Source: Anthoceros angustus
Lineage: Eukaryota > Plantae > Anthocerotophyta
Direction of reading: 5' to 3'
Assembly: GCA_010909165.1 (NCBI GenBank)
Contig: MU008195.1
Coordinates: 124,001-188,000 of the forward strand
Length of the DNA stretch: 64,000 nucleotides
Part shown: positions 23,301-36,616 of the stretch, one piece after another
Layout: each line of letters opens with the position of its first letter
Position numbering within the stretch: position 1 is the stretch's first letter
The notes under the pieces: generated by a model
What the model was told of the DNA's origin: nothing
What the model saw: only the letters and a program-made list of their open reading frames with translations
Database searches by the model: none
Program-made: the position numbers and the translations under genes

Positions 23301-25212
23301 ATGCTACAGAGCTGCAGACTCCGGAACATCTATATACTGTAAGTGTGTTGCACAACAAGGAATAGATGGCGACTCTTTTCATGCCACAAATTTGTCACAA
23401 GGTGAGGAGCGCGTCTCACACAATACTGTGCTGCACAGAAACTTCATCTTGCACTGACAGGAGAGAGAGAAGGGAACAAGAGAGCGTGTGATATTCTCAA
23501 TGAGCGTTTTGCTCAGGCCAAGTCTGTGAAGGATTGCAGGCCCTGCGTTGTACTTCTTGATGAATTGGACACAATTGTCAATCGAAATCAAAATGTAAGC
23601 TATGCAAAACTCTGCTTGTTCATGTGATGTGACTAAGGACTTTTCATGTTTTTTTTTTCTGTGAATTCTCTGACAGGCGCTGAATGTCTCAATGCCAGGT
23701 GTTGTACCACTTGTTCCATTGGCCAACATTGCCGAACTCTCAACTGGTTGTCATTGGTAACAACCAACATCATTTTTGTTCTTTCATGCGGACTCAGCTT
23801 GTGTTGTGGAAGCATTTTGTCTCCCCATGTCTGGCGTTTGATGACCTGCTTGTTGCTGCCTGCTTTGCCGACTGCAGGCATAGCAAACACTATGGACCTT
23901 CCAGAGAAAATGCTCCCAAAGATAGCCAGTCGAATGGGTCAGAGAATGTGTTTCGCTCCATACACGCACATACAGCTGCAAGAGATTGTAACCGCACGTC
24001 TTGCTGGTCTCCAAGTCTTCGACAACCAGGCACTAGAATTTGCGTCCAGAAAGGTATGTATTATAGGTTGGTATATCATAACTGTGGATATTGCAGGTGG
24101 CCTGGGCCGTTTTCTGTACTAGTGTGTGTGAATTTGGCACATTTTGATAGATTTGGGCATGCGTTTTATGGAACAGATTTCTGCAAACACGGGAGATGCT
24201 CGGAGGGTCTTGCAACTGTGCAGGAGAGCAGTTCAGCTTGCTGAACAGCGAGTGAAAAGAGCTGTTCAAAACTCAGCAGACTCCCCAGGTGATAACTTCA
24301 TCCCAGACAAAACATCTGGTTAAGCAGCAATAACCTCGTAGTCTGCTTGCAGTTTCTGACTCTCTTTGCAGAGACAGGGCCTCAATCACCGGCCCATCAA
24401 GTCGGGATGAAAGATATCGACGATGCTGTAGAGGACATGTTCAAAGTTCCTGCAATTCAGGTTGGCCGACCATCTCCTGACGACTTCGCCTACAATTATT
24501 CGGCAGATCTTGTTTTGCGTCTTTGTCACCTCAAATCTCTGTTTGCAGATAATGAAAAGATGTTCAAAGGACGCAAAAATTCTCCTGGTGGCCATGGCCT
24601 GTGTGCAAAAGAGAACCAGTGTGCCAGAAACGACTTTCGAGAAGGTAGCAATCTGAAGCAGTGATTAGAAATAGTTGAGGTACCTTCTTATTTTGCTGCG
24701 GAGTTTGTTCGACAGATTCATGTCGGCAAAAACTAACCGTTTGCGTGTTCCATTCAGGTTTCGGAGGCCGTGAAGTTTCTTTGCAGTCAGAACAACGAGA
24801 CGTACCCGGACACGGATTCGCTGCTTCGTATAGGGTGGGAGTCGTTGTAGTTACACATAGATCTACGCATTGTAGGTTCTTTGATGAACTTTTGGACTCA
24901 GCCTCGGCCTCGGCCTCGGCCGCGCCGAGTTGTCTTCTCACTCTCGATCTTGAATTGCATGCAGCACACGACTAGGTGGATGCCGTTTGCTTATAACTGA
25001 GGCCAGTTCCAAGCACCGGCTGCAGAAGCTTCAACTCAACTGCGCAAGGTGAAACCGCTGCTTCCATATTCCGTTGGAGGATTTACAGATTTTAGTCCCA
25101 GGCTCTTGTGCTTGTGCTGATTTAGACATGGTTTTCTCTCAGAGACGATGTCGCCTTTGCACTGAAAGGAGATAAAGAAGTACCCTGGTTGCAGAGGTAT
25201 CTACAGGATTGA
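20378..25212 (+). CDS. ORC1: Origin recognition complex subunit 1 (PHD-BAH-AAA+-winged helix), multi-exon
   Basis: PHD finger CRICG...[30 protein letters not shown]; BAH exons; Walker A LYISGIPGTGK; Walker B LLDELD; IANTMDLPEKMLPKIASRMG; C-terminal DDVAFALK. Stop TGA at 25210-25212. Confidence 0.96.
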
Positions 25213-25300
25213 GGCGATTACAGGACCGAGGCGCTTCTTAGGTAGATAGTTTGATCTCCAGAAGGATATTTGTCCGATCCTGCCGTCCGGTCAGAAGGCC

Positions 25301-25510
25301 GAAAGGGGCCTCGCCCCCGGACACTGGAAGGGGCCTCGCCCCGGGATACTGAAAGCGGCCTCGCCCCTGGATACTGACAGGGGCCTCGCCCCTGGATACT
25401 GAAAGGGGCCTCGCCCCTGAATACTGAAAGGGGCCTCGCCCCTGAATACTGAAAGGGGCCTCGCTCCTGAATGCTGAAAGAGGCCTCGCCCCTGGATTCT
25501 GAAAGGGGCC
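25301..25510. repeat. 25-bp minisatellite, 8 full units plus a partial unit (consensus GAAAGGGGCCTCGCCCCTGGATACT)
   Basis: Units start every 25 bp from 25301 to 25501. Most contain the inverted repeat AGGGGC-CTC-GCCCCT. Confidence 0.95.
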
Positions 25511-25664
25511 GGCCTCGTTTCCCAAAGCTTCGTTGTTGGGAAACCGGGGCTGCTTAAGGAAACGGAGTAACAGCGTTGCGGAGAAAAACATCGCCGCCGT
25601 TTTAGGAAAGAGCAGGCATATTTCCTGTAGATAGTCTGGCCGAGTTCGAGGGAATGTGGTTCGA

Positions 25665-27440
25665 ATGGTAGACATGATTTCTACTTGCTCCTCCCGACCG
25701 CATGTTCTGTCCAAGGCAAGAGCAATTCCGTCATCGCAGCCGAATGCAGGGCCCAAGGTGGCGTATCTGCTATTCTCGCCCCACTCGGCTGAGTCTTGCA
25801 CAGCGCAGCACATCGATGGCAGGTTTCAGAAAGGTTGGGGGAAAAGAGATGCAAGACGTTTTCCGTTGGATGTCACTGGGGCCGGCAAGCAGAAATGCAG
25901 GTCACCCGTGTGCAGGGCATCCGTGTCGGATGATTCGGGCTCTGGAGATGTGGTGGAGGAGAAGCCATGGGTGCAATTTGTGACAGTGGCAACCAGCCTG
26001 TATCCGTTGTATGTGGCATTGGGGTCGACTTTGGCCATTCTGAGGCCATCGTCCTTTGCATGGTTTGTGGAGAGGAGTCCCCAGTCCTACAGCGCCGCTC
26101 TAGGCAGCATTATGCTGGCTATGGGTCTGACCTTGCGCTTACAGGACCTTGTGTATGTGCTGGTGAACCGTCCTCTCGCAGTAACTGCTTGAACCCAGAC
26201 CTTGTGAACTGTTGTGGGTTTTGGAAAATGCAGAATCTGTTTGGAGGCTAATTTGTTTTTCCATCTGCAGGTTCTCTTTGGATGTGCTGCTCAGTATGGT
26301 ATCATGCCCCTGACGGGAGCTGCGGTGGCTCGTCTGCTGGGACTGTCGCCAGAATTGTCTGCAGGTCTCATATTACTGGCGTGCTGTCCGGGTGGGACTG
26401 CGTCTAATGTGGTACATTTCACTTTCTGCCAGAAGTCATGAGTGCAGTAGCATGCTTGGAGCATCCCACCTGAACAGGCAGCTGTTTCCCAGGTCACCTT
26501 GATCGCTGAGGGGGATGTGCCGCTGTCCATATTGATGACCATCTGCACCACATTTGGTGCTGTCATCGCCACACCCTTGCTAACCCAGCTTTTTGCTGGA
26601 GCGTACGTCCCTGTGGATGTCGTTGGCCTTGCTATCAGTACATTACAGGTGTGTCACATTTCAGAATAGGAGCTTCTGCAGGGTTGTTCAGTGTTTGGTG
26701 GGATTCGTGTCTGACCAGTTGATGGGGAGGGGAGCAGGTCGTGTTGGTGCCAGTTCTACTAGGTGCTTGGCTTCAGGGTACTTGGCCAAAGCTAGTGGCT
26801 TACGTGAAACTGTTCTCGCCTCTGGTGGCAGTCCTCATCTCTTCCTTACTGTCAACCAGGTAGGGTAGTCATCGCTCAACAAGTACCTTGCATCTTGGAT
26901 CTGCTTGCAGGAAGTGCTTCACTTACTCCCTGCCTGTCACAGTGTGTTTTCAGCGAATGTGTATAAGATTAGAAGCCTCCCATCTGGGGCAGGACCTGCA
27001 TCCTTCATTGAAAGTGTGGCAGCAATCGCAGCTGCTGTTGCTTTAGTTCACGCTGTTGGTTTCCTGCTTGGGTAAGCACGCTGCCGATGCTATCTCCTGC
27101 CTTTGGGTCACTTCGCTTTTCGTAACATTTCGCGTGTGCTGACAGGTATGTTACGTCCAGAGCAGCAGGCTTGGGTGAAGCACAGCGGAGAGCAATTTCA
27201 ATCGAGGTACACAGGACGTGACTGCATCGTTCGAAATCCATTTTGTTTTCTTTACTGTAACCATCCTGTGATGGTGTCCCTCAGGTCGGGATGCAAAATT
27301 CGTCGCTGGGCGTCGTCTTGGCAAGCACGCATTTCAACTCACCACTTGCTTCAGTCCCTGCTGCTATCTCAGGCGTGGTTATGAACATTATGGCCAGCGC
27401 GTTAGCCGTCGCCTGGAGACAATACCGCATTAAGGGTTAA
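25665..27440 (+). CDS. Plastid bile acid:sodium symporter family (BASS) sodium/metabolite cotransporter, multi-exon
   Basis: Ser/Arg-rich transit peptide, then IMLAMGLTL, LFGCAAQYGIMP, GLILLACCPGGTASNVV and EGDVPLSILMT, ending VMNIMASALAVAWRQYRIKG*. The start ATG is 25665 or 25674. Confidence 0.92.
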
Positions 27441-27717
27441 CGAAGCTGCCCATAGTCAGGTGCAATTGTGAATTTCCTGTGTTTCTCTGGAGTATTTCAC
27501 TGGAGGAACCGCGAACAAATCTATGACACAGTCTACAAGACTGATGAGTTTCGGACAGCATATCCTTCACACTACAATTACTAAAGAACCAGCATTTACC
27601 CAGGACTTCCGGAGCAGCTCCCGGTTGAAATCGCAGTTCAATTCCAATACTCAAGATCATCTTGAAGATGAACGCACGTGCAAAAATTGGGGTCCATAGA
27701 GCGGAAAGAAGATTTCA

Positions 27718-30700
27718 TCAACTTTGGGGAGCCTGGGCGGGAGTTGAAGACTGAGCTACTGTTGACGTCTGAGACTGAGGAGTTGGAGCATAGTCATAGC
27801 CTGTTGGGCCAGCAGCTGCCACAGCACCTGTGGTGCTGTCAGTGCCCTGGGCATAACCTTGCTGCTGCTGACCATAGCCCTGCTGCTGTGAGTAGCCCTG
27901 ACTCTGCTGCTGGTATCCTCCAGCTGGTGAAGGTGTGCTTTGGTCTTGTGGAGGTTGTGCATACCCATAGCCTCCATTATATTGCTGCCCATAACCTTGC
28001 TGAGAAAACCCCTGCTGTGAATAGGCAGCCTGCTGCCCATAGCCTCCTTGCTGCTGCGGATACCCAGAGTAATAACCTTGCTGCTGATAACCATAACTGG
28101 TAGCATCGGTTGTAGTGGACGCAGCCTGGGGAGGAGCTTGAGCCTGACCTTGCTGTGTGTAGTAGTCATATCCCCCTTGTTGCTGTTGCTGTGGCTGTTG
28201 CTGCTGGGCTGGCGCAGGTGCTCGCTGATCCCAACCAGACGTATATGCAGCAGCAGGCTGCTGAGGATAACCCGCATACTGCTGAGGTGGGGGTCCAGGA
28301 TACTGCTGGGGAGGGCCATAAGGGGCCTGCTGTTGATAATATCCAGGTTGCTGCATTGGGGGTGCAGCAGGAGGGCCCCACTGCTGAGGACCCGGAGGCC
28401 GATAACCCTGTGGAGTGTTGTAGCCTCCATGCTGCATGGGCCCTCGGGCACGGTTCTGCAAGGACAACTACCACATATCAGACGCAGATAACCCTGTAAG
28501 TCAATGTTGGTTGCAAAGTCAACAAACCTGCACAGATGCCATCACAAATTCTTCCACAAGGAAGATGTATCTTCTTTTAACGAGGGAATCAAACGAGTGG
28601 CTGTTTTAACTCCATATTAGACGAGCCTCACATTGACTTCTAAAAGAACAAGTCCTCAGAACAGCTTGGACTAAGAACATAACACCACACTGAAAGACTC
28701 GCCATTGACATCATTACAACAATGATGATAAAGGCAGTCACGATGATTCTTGGATCCTCCGAACTTATAACCACATTCAACACTTGGCAACGCATTATTG
28801 TAGTCAACTTTCAGGGCTAGAAGAGTTACCCTCACCTCGTCTGAAGAAACTGTGAGCTTTCTTTCTGACAAACAGCGTGTCAGCGGTGGTGCCCCATCCT
28901 TTCTTCAGTAGTAAGTACATGATTGGTTCAAAAAGGTCACAAGAAAAGTGCATCCCTGACTATTGGACGTGATTCGATCAAGCATCACAAGATTTAAAAG
29001 ATGGAAAACTACATGCAAATCTGGAAGACAAAACGTGATACGACTAGCATCACAAGATATAGAGATCGGCAAGCTAGATGCAATACCAACAGTCAAACGT
29101 GATACGATCTGGCATCACAAGATTTCAAGATAGTGCAAGCTAGATGCAAAACCAAGAGACACACGTGATACAATACAGCATCACAAGATTCAGTGAGGGC
29201 AACTTTCTATGTCTTCTCGTAACAGAAGCACTATCTAGAACACAAGCAAAGGTACAAGAGACCCACAAAGAAGCGTTCTACATCATGCAACCTATCAAGA
29301 CCACATTACCTGGAGACTGCAATAATCATCCAAAGTCCATATCTGAGCGAAGGAGTAGCCTAAACTCAGTGCATGAGCCTGATGTCCACAGCCTTTCTCA
29401 ACAGCCAAAAGATGAAAATAAGAACAATACAACATTTACAACTTCCTAGGTAGAGCACATCTAGAGGGCAAAGCATCATGTACATGCTTATACATGCCAA
29501 CATTTCAACGAGCATTGGGGTTCTGCTAGGCAGGAGAAATGACGGCCGTAGGAAAAGACTGATTACAAAGCTAGAAACAGGTTCCAAATCAGAGGTTCTC
29601 GGCGAAATACTTTGTGCTTTACAATTGTTACTGTCAGAGAACTGTATCCGACACCCACATGTACAAAATCTGCTGAATGGAGGTAATAACTGAGGACGCC
29701 TTAAATCAGAAAACGAAAGAAAGGTCACGTGCACTGCACCCTTTGGAGTTACCTCATCGATGACCTCTTTGATCAGCTCATTGGCCATGTCCGTCTGCTT
29801 CTTATTTCCTATCAAAGTCACAACCCTTTCAGAGGCACCCTGCTCTGCTTCCCGATCACTCTGTACCTGCAGTGGGACAAGCTAGACAACATTAGGGAAT
29901 ATTAGTCAGGCAGATAAAATCCCACTCAATACACACCAAAGCAATAAAGAGAACAGGTACCAACAACTGCAATATAAAGGAATCACAACCACGAAAGAGG
30001 AACACAACACAAGGCAACTTTAGAAACTTGCTGTTATGAGATTCTGTTGTGAAAGAAACTTCACCCAGTCAATCCAGACATTAAAAAAGAAAACCCAAAT
30101 TGAATCTTGTAACACACCTGAATTCGGGCCCCCGATCGATTCTGCAAATTCTTGATTGTCTCACCTCCCCTACCAATAATCAGCCCTACCTGGAATTTTC
30201 TCATCACACTCAGTATGAGCTGAGCTCCTGAGACGGACAAGGCCATGCCCCAACTCTGGAGAATCAAAGCTAACCTTGTTGTTCGGAACCTTGATCTGCA
30301 CTTGCTCCCCAGGAGGGGTTGCGGCTCCAAACCCACGAGCCACGAGAGCACCTGAACCTCCAGCTGCGGCCTGCTGTGAAGCTCCCGACACCCAGCATGA
30401 ACATTAGAGGCTTCACGGGCATATCCACGAAAGTAAGTGTTCTGATCCAAGCTACCCCATGCGAATGAAAAGTTTTATAACAAACCTCAGCAATAACATC
30501 TTTGATGAGCTGCTCTGCACGGTTGATTTGTTCTGGGGTACCCATAAGCTCGACTTGCCGCGTAGGAGCTCGGGGATCTGAATCAGCATCCCGTGTAACC
30601 TGAATTCTTGCCCCTGACTGGTGCTGCAGGTACTTGATCGTTTCTCCACCTTTTCCAATGACCAGCCCAACCTGCCCGCAGATTGTTCGAATTGTCACAC

Positions 30701-31692
30701 CCAACATCCATGATCTGAAAACCTCACACAAACATGGCAAAAAAAAAAAAAAGAGGAGGAGGCTTGCAACCAGCATCCAAACAGGTACTGACCTTAGAAT
30801 TGGGAACATCCACTTTCCGTGACTGCGTGGAAGCTCCCTGGTGGTTATAGTACTGCGACTGATGGTAATCTTGTCCCCCCATGTGCTGTCCGTGGTCATC
30901 ACCCTGCTGATGATGATCTTGCAGCTGCTGATGATGGTGGTCATGATCTGTCACATTCCAGCTTTCCCAGTCACTTAATGCACCGGGAAGATGGCAAGGG
31001 AGGAGGACACACTCCTCTTGGCAACTTCCCACCACTCCAAATAACTGCACCATCACGACTAAAAAATCCATGAAGAAGCACCCTCCCAAACTACCCGCCA
31101 CAGAATCGTCAAGACCTGGCCCCAGATAACTTACCCAGCATCCGCCTTGAACCAGACCCTACGCCAGCCAACCAAAGAAAATGATCAAATACAGCAGAAC
31201 AGAGACACCAACAGAGCGCGTGGCGCAGCAAGACGCCACCAGTTGCCAGGCGAGGGCAGCAACATCCACCCGACTCGAGCCCCACGCCCAGCCTACGACA
31301 GCAATGGCATACGTACCGCCATAGCCAGGGAGGCCGTGATCCAGGTCGGGGCCATTGACAACGTGGCCGTGCCCGTGGTCATGATCATCGCCGCCGTCAT
31401 CCATCCGCGGCCGCTTCATGAGTTCCTTACCCACCAAGCGGGCAGCAATTTGCTCCGCCTTCTGCTTGGCCAACTCGAACTCAGTCTTGGGAGGAGGCAC
31501 GTTGTTGTAGCTCACATGGTCCACTCCAGGCCCGTCCGAGAAGCCTGTAACGCGGCCCGACGGCTGGTGCTGCTGGTGCTGCACCTGCTCTTCCGGCGGG
31601 CCAGCATCCTCGAACTTGCGCTTGTTCTCGCTCACTCGCGGCGGAGGCACGTCGTACTCGTCCGGGTGCGGCATCCTGCCGTCGTCCGCCAT
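27718..31692 (-). CDS. KH-domain RNA/ssDNA-binding protein (far upstream element-binding protein-like), multi-exon
   Basis: N-terminal ENKRKFED and FELAKQKAEQIAARL; KH repeats VGLVIGKGGETIKYLQ and VGLIIGRGGETIKNLQ; Gln/Gly/Tyr/Pro-rich C-terminal exon at 27718-28490. Confidence 0.92.
28967..29200. repeat. Degenerate ~65-bp tandem repeat (4 copies) inside the longest intron of the KH gene
   Basis: The core ACGTGAT(A/T)C...GCATCACAAGAT recurs at 28967, 29033, 29097 and 29163. Confidence 0.8.
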
Positions 31693-32567
31693 GCCGGCCG
31701 GACTTCTCCTGCCCTGCGTGCAAGAACTTCCTCCCCTCCCGAGTCCTGCAGCAGCGACGAGGGCGCCACTGCCACCCAGGGTTTGTTATGGCCCGGGAAG
31801 AGCCAAGGCTAGGCAAGGCGGTGGATGTGATACAGTATTCTCCTAACCCTTAGTTACTTCCACAAACACACCCTTTGCACTTGCTGCTCAATTAACTATC
31901 CACACACTTATACCTAGCCATCACCTACTGTTATGGGTGAGACATCGAACCCTAACAAAGAAAGGCTTTAGCATGCAAAAATTCCAGGAAGCGAGAGTCT
32001 GCAGAGGAAGGACTTGAAATTGAATCACATTTGCAAAAGGGCGCACCCTCTGGAAAACAATATCTTGCTCAGGAACTGGTTGTCAAGTCCTGCTTCACAA
32101 CAAGAAGGTCCAACGGTGCCAAGCCTGCTGCTGCCTGTTCTGCTGTAAACAAAGTTTCACTTATGATAACCAGGTTCAGAGGCTTGTGGCCTAGGAAGCA
32201 ACACTGGAGCCTGATCGAATGGGGAAATAATTTCTACACAAAATGTGGACTGATGAGCTAATTAAAGTGGAGGTAACGTCCTGGCTAGGTGTCTACGAAG
32301 CAACACGACTGACAAAAGTTCATACACAGGTTCCCTCACTGCAGTTGAAGACTTCACACTGGACAAGCCTGGCCGGTGGGAACTCTGCTCTCACCTGGAC
32401 ATGGTCTGGTGGACAGCGAGAACACCTGGATAGGAAGCAGTGAAGACGTGACGGCGCAGCCAGAGCCCTAGCCACAGGCATGGCCATGGCTATGGCCATG
32501 GAGCCATAGCTGGAAAACAAAAAAAGGGCGGATGGGCCCAACCAAACCAACCCCTTCGTGTCCTGTA

Positions 32568-33623
32568 TCAGATGGGAGGCATGTGCTTCAAATCCTCAGG
32601 GCCGTATTCTTCTCGCTCGGACTCCGAGCTGTTGCCGAGAGTGGCGGGATCTCCATTAGCCAGGGCCTGGTCTGACGGAGATTTGGCGCCATCACCCGGG
32701 AGTCCATTAAAGTGGTCGAAAAACGCAGGACCGCCCCAAGGCCAGTTGTAGTTCCACTGGCCCCTGGAGGCGGTGGCCCTCCACTCCTGGTCGGCGATCA
32801 TCTCGGGGGAAAGCCCCCACTGCCGGAGCTCCTCCTTGCTGTGGTGCACCGCCAGGCTGTACTCCCCACCAGACCCGAGCTGCATAACTCTCAACTCGCA
32901 GTTCTTGGGGTTCCAGAGCTGCTCGAATTGCGCTGTAGTCCACTTGAACCAGCGCATGAGGAAAACTCTCATCGTCACCCCGTGCGACACGATGACCAGG
33001 TTCAGGTCAGTGGATCTGGAGTTCACCTCCCTACTCAGCCGGTTCATTTCAATGTCCCGCCACAGGCTCTCCAGAAAACCTACACACACAATACATGAAA
33101 AACCCTCATCCGTCACCGAAAATGCTTCCTCTCTTCCACCACACCAGCTCAAACTTCCGATCTCCATACCTGTGACCCGATCAAACACATCCGACGCCGA
33201 CTCCCCCTCGGGAAAGCGGTAGAAGAATCTCCCAAAGCGATCCCTAATATCCTTCACGATCTTCATCGTTTCCTCCTCCTGAAAATTGCCGAAATCCTGC
33301 TCCCGGATGCGCGGTTCTTCCCGCACGCCGAGGATCCGCCGGCGTTCGAACGCTCTCCCGATCCCCCTGAGCGTGCAGAGAGCCCGGGTGTAAGGAGACA
33401 CGTAGAAGTACACCTTCCAGTCATCATCTTTCGCAGTTTCTTCGATCATCTGCCGGATCCTCCTCCCGCAGTCCTCCGCCTGCGCAAAGCCTTCTTCGGT
33501 GAGGCAGATCTTGGAGTCGGCTGTGGAGGTGTACTTGGACTGATCCACATTTCCTTCGCTCTGACCGTGCCGCACAAGAATTATGCGTGTCGGCCGCCGC
33601 CGGGGAAGGCAATCCTCCGCCAT
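32568..33623 (-). CDS. Phosphoglycerate mutase-like histidine phosphatase; one 90-nt in-frame intron (33080-33169)
   Basis: IILVRHGQSEGN catalytic motif, EEPRIREQDFGNFQ, FFYRFPEGES and LVIVSHG. First ATG at 33623. Confidence 0.93.
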   Translation of the reverse strand: MAEDCLPRRRPTRIILVRHGQSEGNVDQSKYTSTADSKICLTEEGFAQAEDCGRRIRQMIEETAKDDDWKVYFYVSPYTRALCTLRGIGRAFERRRILGVREEPRIREQDFGNFQEEETMKIVKDIRDRFGRFFYRFPEGESASDVFDRVTGMEIGSLSWCGGREEAFSVTDEGFSCIVCVGFLESLWRDIEMNRLSREVNSRSTDLNLVIVSHGVTMRVFLMRWFKWTTAQFEQLWNPKNCELRVMQLGSGGEYSLAVHHSKEELRQWGLSPEMIADQEWRATASRGQWNYNWPWGGPAFFDHFNGLPGDGAKSPSDQALANGDPATLGNSSESEREEYGPEDLKHMPPI

Positions 33624-33952
33624 TCCATTCACCGAAGCCGCCAATTCTCCGTCCTCGAAATTTCCGAATCCGCCCCAATGTTCTCTACCTCGCTCCCACT
33701 CTCGTCACCGCGCTGAAGCTTTCGCTGATCCAGCGTATCTGCGGCATGCCAGGCGCTCCCTTCCACTTCACAGCTCCGGCAGCTCCGTTCCCGCTCCTGC
33801 ACGCTTCTAAATTGCGGCGCGTTGGTCGCGCGGCCTCCGAGGAAGATGACGATGGCCCCGCGTGAGGGCGTGCGTCCGCGTGGTGTGAAAGCGGACACCA
33901 AAAGGCTCCTCCAATCACACGAGGGCACCTCGTGCTTATTCGTTACTGTCCG

Positions 33953-35802
33953 TCAGCCGGAATCTACATGGGTGGCGTCCAGGGCCTCGCAGGCACAGAC
34001 GGGGGACCGGGAGATGGGCAGCTCTTGCCTCCCGCGCCGGTGCTGCTGCTTCTCGAGGACCCGGGTTACCCAGGAGGCGAGGTAGGTTGCGTTCAGACCT
34101 ACAGTGGCGTCTTTATGGAACAGGAAGCATCTGAGTTCCTCGGATGGAGGGTATGGGCAATCTGGGCCTTGGGGGTCTCGCCACACGCCTTCGTGGTGAA
34201 GGCGGGACCAGTCTGCCAGCCACTTGTAGATGTACTGCCCGATGCCTGCGAACTCCAGCCATCCTTTGGGGAGCATCTCCATGACAGCACCGCCGGGGGA
34301 CATGAAGAGCATGTTGGTGAGCTGGGCTCCGTGGGATGTGATGAAGACATCCGTCCTGCTCATCACCTGGACCTGCAGGTGACGGGGACAGAGTCGTCAG
34401 AGTTCAGCAGGAATGGAGCTGAGATGGGGGAGCAGGAGGAGGATGATGGAGGTGACGTAACCTGTTCGCAGAAGCTTAAGTTGGAGACGGGCACCACTTG
34501 CAGACGGCACCCAGCAAACTTCCGGCACTGCTCGTCTATCACAGAGGCCACCCCTGATTCGTTGATGAAAGCCCTGGCTCCCGATCTGGTGAGTAGGGTG
34601 ACTGAAATCCCCTCCCCTGCAAGGCTCGAAGCTTCTAACTTACAGAACTTCCTGGCCCTGCACCTGACTATGTCAATGAGGGTGTTGAGGTTCTCCAGGG
34701 ACATGCCTCCCAGTCCTCGCCTGTTAACAACAGCCCTCTCGAAACAGACAGGTCGGTCACCGTAAGGAGCTGTGGCATCTGTTCGGAGAGAGGCTCCCAA
34801 GGCTGAAAGCATGATGCTTTCGATCCACGGTCCCATGTCCGTCAGAAGCTCTCCCCAGTGGTAGAGAACTACCCTCTTTGGAACTGCACATGAATTCCTA
34901 GACCTCCAAGATATGAAGTACACCAGAGCTGACATGCTGTGCCAAGGGTTGTGGTAGTCCCAGTAATTGTCAGCAACGAGGGTCAGTCCTGGCATAAACA
35001 CGGCATTCGGTGGTAGGAACTCCTTCCACGCAAAGCCATAAAAGTTCAGAGTGCCGTCAAAGGAGTGGTTGCCCTTCAGGCATAACAGCCTCTTGTACGG
35101 ATCATCCGCTGGAAAATCGAATGACTCCGGAAACCCGTTCTTTGCCTCACCGTCAACAGAACTCATGAACCAATTGTGGCCAGTTTCAGTCAGCCCAGAT
35201 TCCCGACTGTCTTTCAATCTCCGAAACTCTGTGGACGCAACCAGCTTACTTCTCATGTCAGCAACCACTCTCCTGTGCTTCTCAGCCACCTCCATCCTGT
35301 CACTCTCGTCCCTCTCCTCCACCCCCCTCCGGTCGGACTCTGCTACTGCCCTTCCTTCAGACACGCCTTTCGTCAGCTCTGCAATTCTCTCCTTCAGAGC
35401 CACTGCCTCCCTCCTTAGGCTCTCCAGAACACTGATCGCCGAATCCATATCTGCGCTGTTCGGACTTCCCAGGAACAGAACCTCCTTCAGACAGGACACT
35501 TCCTCAACCATGGCTTCCAACGAGTGGTTGCTGCTAGCACATAGCAGAGATGCCCTAATCCGGCTCCGCATGTCACGCAGCTGTGATGCCACACTAACCT
35601 CCGCTGCACTGGCATTCGGGCCGAAAATGGCATCGCTCTCAGAAAAGATCTCCACGAAGGGTTCGCTGGCCTTGGAGTAGGAAAAGTACCACTTCGTTTC
35701 AAAAGCCCAGAACTGCAGGAAAATAAGAAACCCGATGCAGACAGCCAGGTAGCTCAGAAACCTCTCGTCTCTGCAAAAACTCTGCGGCTTCAGGATGGCC
35801 AT
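33953..35802 (-). CDS. Glycosyltransferase family 61 (DUF563-like) type II membrane protein; one intron near 34370-34430
   Basis: N-terminal TM helix and coiled stem, then YHNPWHSMSAL, FERAVVNR, FITSHGAQLTNMLFM and VMEMLPKGW. Confidence 0.88.
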
Positions 35803-36616
35803 CCCCTCCAGCTATGCCTCTCCCAAGATCAGACTCACATCCCAAGGGCAATATCTTCCATCACAGCAGTCAGTAACCTGCACCATACGTCATCGACTTT
35901 TTCCTTCCCACCGTCTGCACTCCAGTCCCAGAGGCCAGCATCCGCAGCTCCTCTGTCTCTGTCCTTAAACTGAGCCATATAAAACCGTGCTTGCAGCTCC
36001 AGCAAAGACACAATGTAAGCATCAGCAAAAGCAGTCATCGCTGCAAGAACCTCATGATCTGTTCCTCAAGAAAGCGTGCAAGCCCGGACGCGGATCTTCT
36101 TGCAACCGTTCACGGTCCTCCGTCTCGGGACGCGAACCCTACACTCAAATCCCTACGGTCCAGTCCAGTCCGGTCGGGGAGGAGACGCTTCTCTCCAAGA
36201 AGCCGGTTTGAAACGGCACATGACCACCTGGCTTCGCTGCACACTAGCATGCCTCCCCTGGCCTTACATGTGTCACCGGCTTTGCGCGCAGGATGGAAGC
36301 TTGTGTGAATTCGACCGTGGTGCCACCGCCACACGACACCTCTGCAACCGTTTCACCAGCCTGCGTCCTACAGCGAGTATGTGCAATCCGATTCCCATTT
36401 CTCAATGAACGAAATGTTGTGCAACAGCAGCTTGTGCTTGTCGTGAGTGACTTCCGGTTTGTCACCGATTCTTGCAACGTCGCCGTCCGTTCTGTTGCAT
36501 TTCCGGTGTGTTTTTCTGTTTTGAGCACTCGCCAACCGCAACTCTGATGTGTTGCAAACTTTGCAGGTGCTGAGAGAAAGCCTGAGGCCTAGACAATGCT
36601 TGCTGCTTTGTGATCA

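Noticed and set aside
14908-25212. ParB-like/methylase gene near ORC1 suggesting a replication/partition operon
   Set aside because: Eukaryotic genes are individually transcribed, the unrelated mS45 gene lies between them, and nothing in the sequence links them beyond proximity.
25301-25510. Regular palindromic repeats resembling a CRISPR array
   Set aside because: The units are contiguous 25-mers with no unique spacers, there are no cas genes, and the context is eukaryotic; it is a minisatellite.
32030-32550. Possible small gene (MAIAMAMPVARALAAPS...) downstream of the PGM-like gene
   Set aside because: Splice-like signals exist but no coherent protein or family match could be assembled; may be 3' UTR.
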